Below the pieces are notes generated by a model that ran no database searches, was not told where the DNA came from, and saw only the letters and a list, made by a program, of their open reading frames with translations. A stretch of DNA of 64,000 nucleotides, taken from the NCBI GenBank assembly GCA_035221665.1, contig CM069140.1:28768001-28832000 (forward strand), written 5' to 3'. This DNA is from Okamejei kenojei (taxonomy: Eukaryota). Position 1 is the first letter of the stretch. Each line of letters opens with the position of its first letter. This document shows, one piece after another, positions 60,704 through 64,000 of the stretch. A program made the position numbers and the translations under genes.

Positions 60704-61309
60704 TGTCCCACAGTAACACAATGCATCTTGTCAATGTCTTCTTCCAGCAGGCTGACACTGTGATATGGCACCTTCGATCTCAGCAAGGTTCAAACTTTGG
60801 ATGTGCTACCTTCACCCAATGTCCCCCGAAGGCGCAGGTCCAGATTACCTCTGTGCCATCTGTATGTTGAGCTGTCAAAGCAATTCTAAAGCAGCAAGGA
60901 TTGCCGTGTCAATGGCAGTGTTCGTCTCCACACCCAAGTGACTTGCAGAGAGGGAGAGGAAATAACTAGCAGGCTGTGGACAAACATAACAGTTCCCGGA
61001 AGCCTTGGTAAGATTTTGACACTAATCGCATCTGGCAGTCAATAAGGAGTCGTCTCTGGGTGTCAGATCTGGGTGTCACGCAGCACTTGTCAGCGGGGCC
61101 CATTGGCTACAACAACAACTTCCAGAGCAGTCAGTCAACACAGTAAAAGGGGCGGAAGTGCCTCACAGGAGTGTTAGCGTGGGATCACAGCCGATACGTG
61201 TTGGCAGGGAGATGTCAGACCAAGTTCAGAGGTAAGTTCCAAGGACTGTCTTAAAGGGGATGGGAGAGATGCGAAGGACTAAGATGGGTGGACATAGACA
61301 AGCACGGAA

Positions 61310-61650
61310 GATTGACACAAATTGGTGCAGTAACTCCGTGGGTCCAGGCAGCATCTCCGGAGAAAAGGATTAGGTGACATTCCGGGTCGAGACCAGATTG
61401 AGAGTCGGGAGGGAGGGGGACTAGAAGTATGAAAAGGTTCAAAACAAATCAGAGCCAGCAACAATGACCAAGGAACGGTGGAGCCCACAATGGTCCATTG
61501 TTTGCTGTGGGCGAGGTGATCACGAAGGAATGCGAATAGTGAAACTGGCAGGATAATGTGTGCGTGGGGAGGAATGAAGAGAGAGCAAGGGTTACTTGAA
61601 ATTAGGCACATTAATATTCATACCGCTGGGTTGTGATCTGCCAAAGATAT
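61310..61650 (-). mobile_element. Penelope-like element 3' end / pLTR
   Basis: QPSGMNI remnant on the minus strand followed by pLTR sequence. Confidence 0.65.
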
Positions 61651-62084
61651 AGGACATAGATATAGGACATAGATAATGGTGGGGTCAGGGAATTCAGGGC
61701 TAGAGTGGGCCAGAGGTGGAGGCACACTATGCTGGAGAAAGTGGCCACAACAAAATACTATATATTCATTTGGCTTCAACAAAACCTGAAGCTCAACGGC
61801 ACTCAAGACATAGCAGCCCTCTTTGATAGGCAATCCATCCACAGCTATTCACGCTCTCAACCACAGTAGCAGGAGTTTGTATCATTTACAAGTTGCAATG
61901 CAGCAACTCCGCAGCATTGCACCTCCATGCGCACCTTTCAAACCACCTACCTCTACCAGCTGGAAGGGCAGCAAAAAGCACGGGAAACACTACGACTTGG
62001 GAGTTGCCCTCCAAGTCACGCACCATCCTGACTTGGAAACGCATTGTCGTTCCTTCATCATCGCTGTTTTTATTTCACTTGTTG

Positions 62085-63033
62085 CATTTTTGAGGATGTA
62101 ACAAGTAAAATGGACAAGGGAGAGCCAGTGGATGTCATGCACTGGAGATTTAGAAAGCCTTTGATAAAGTTCCACACAGGAGATTAGTGGGCAAAATTAA
62201 AGCACATGGTATTGGGAATAAGGTACTGACATGGATAGAAGATTGGTTGGCAGACAGGAAACAAAGAGTATGGATTAACGGGTCCCTTTCAGAATGGCAG
62301 GCACTGACTAGTGGGGTACAGCAAGGCTCAATGCTGGGACCACAGCTATTCACAATATACATTAATGATTTAGGTGAAGGAATTAAGCACATTTCCAGAT
62401 GTCACAAAGCTGGGTGGCAGTGTGAACTGTGAAGAGGATGCTATGAGGATGCAGAGTGACTTGGACAGGTTGGGTGAGTGGGCAGATGCATGGCAGATGC
62501 AGTATAATGTGGATAAATGTGAGGTTATCCACTTTGGAGGCAGGAACGGGAAGGCAGATTATTATCTGAATGGTGTCGGGTTAGGAAAAGGGGAAATACA
62601 ACGAGACCTGGGTGTCCTAGTACATCAGTCACTGAAAGTACAGCAGGCAGTGAAGAAAGCTAATGACATGTTAACCTTCATAGCAAGAGGAGTTGAGTAT
62701 AGGAGCAAAGAGGTCCAGCAGTTGTACAGGGCTCTGGTGAGAGGACACCTGGAGTATTGTGTGCAGTTTTGGTCTCCTAATTTGAGGAAGGACATTCTTG
62801 CTATTGAGGGAGTGCAGCTCAGGTCCACGAGGTCAATTCCCGGGATGGTGGGACTGTCATGTGATGAAAGAATACTGTCATTTGTCACTGTCGTATGATG
62901 AAAGACTGGGCTTGTGTTCACTGGAATTTAGAAGGATCTTATAGTAACATAAAATTATTAAGGGATTGGACACGCTAGATGCAGGAAACATGTTCCCGAT
63001 GTTGAGGGAGTCCAGAACCAGGGGCCACAGTTT
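62085..63033 (+). mobile_element. CR1 LINE RT fragment
   Basis: KAFDKVPH, WIEDWLADRKQRV, SGVQQGSMLGPQLFTIYINDL, WADAWQMQYNVDKCEV. Confidence 0.92.
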
Positions 63034-63034
63034 G

Positions 63035-64000
63035 CTTTTTTCACTTAAGTTTTTATTGATATATACAAAACAGTGCAACACGATCACCATAAATAAAACA
63101 AAATAAGAAAAACAGCAACCAAAATCAAAAAAATAATAATAATAAATACGGAAAAAAAGAGGTAAATACATTTTTTAAATGGAATAAGACCGTGTGGTTC
63201 ACTTACCAAATTAAAAAAAATAAAAAATTACATTGATTAGTTATCTGGAGATATTTCAATATTGGCACAAACATACCATCTAGTTCTATATAACACAGTC
63301 TTCCCATATCCAGCTCAGCATTTATCTAGTTGGTGTTATGGCTCAAATAAACGGTCCATTTTTCCCAGATCTTCTCAAATGAATTCTCCTTGACTCTCAA
63401 GAAATATGTCAGTTTCTCCATAGTAAAGATGTTGCGCACAATTTCTAGCCACTGTTTCCTGTTTTTTTTTTCTTTTCATTAAGCCACTGCCTTGTTGCAA
63501 ACAAAACTTGAATCAAATAAGTATCTTCTATCTTTACAATATCTTTAATGTGCCCCAGATACATCACAGGGCAGGTATTTGGGATTTTATAACCCAAGAT
63601 ATTTTTAACAGCTGTGTTAACATTTTCCCAGTATGGCCTTATCTTTACACAGTTCCTGAAAATAAGTGAGTGGTCTGCCTCCATACTCCCGCACAGCCTC
63701 CAACAGTGTTGCTGTACAGCAAGTTGCCTGCTTTTTATTTTGGGTGTTATAAAAAAGCGAGTTAGATTCTTCCAGCAAAATTCTCTCCATACTAGTGAGC
63801 TTGTGGGTGTACATTGTGTTTCATACATTTGATACCATTCTTCTTCTGTTATTTGAATTTTAAATTCTGCATCCCATTTAGTTTTTATGTAGAGTGTTGA
63901 TTCTCCCTCACTTCCCACCAGAGCTTGGTGGAAAACAGAGATGACCCGAGACCCCTTCTGTTTGTATGCATCCACAATCACCTTGATCTCATTATTTGAA
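63035..64000 (-). mobile_element. L1-clade LINE ORF2 C-terminus and 3' UTR (runs off window), inserted into CR1
   Basis: ORF 63445-63981 with YIKTKW...WREFCWKNL.RFF.TP and CWRLCG...H..IF..C zinc motif; aataaa and short A tail near 63036-63058. Confidence 0.85.

Overview
Repeat-dense vertebrate genomic DNA with no host protein-coding gene that I can identify. The repeat spectrum points to a cartilaginous fish, probably a skate or ray (inference). It includes HE1-like tRNA-derived V-SINEs with CR1-type tails, many CR1 3' fragments, Rex1/Babar, Penelope-like and L1/Tx1 remnants. Best-supported larger features: (i) a structurally complete but ORF-decayed DIRS1-type tyrosine-recombinase retrotransposon (45004-49492, minus) with ITRs, an internal complementary region and a shared AAT crossover; (ii) three Rex1/Babar LINE copies; (iii) a ~1 kb TIR/TSD-bounded non-autonomous DNA transposon (18082-19077); (iv) an orphan 5S rRNA pseudogene (37555-37676); (v) old 31-bp and 33-bp minisatellites. 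The most interesting signals are RNA-structural. One is a 137-bp TSD-flanked retroposon (57231-57367) whose 5' end folds as a minimal HDV-like ribozyme, with the predicted cleavage site at the insertion boundary. The other is a family of TSD-flanked foldback elements carrying minimal Penelope-type hammerhead cores. There are two assembly gaps (12167-12506, 43467-43594). Coordinates of degraded repeats are approximate, and all family assignments are by eye without database searches.
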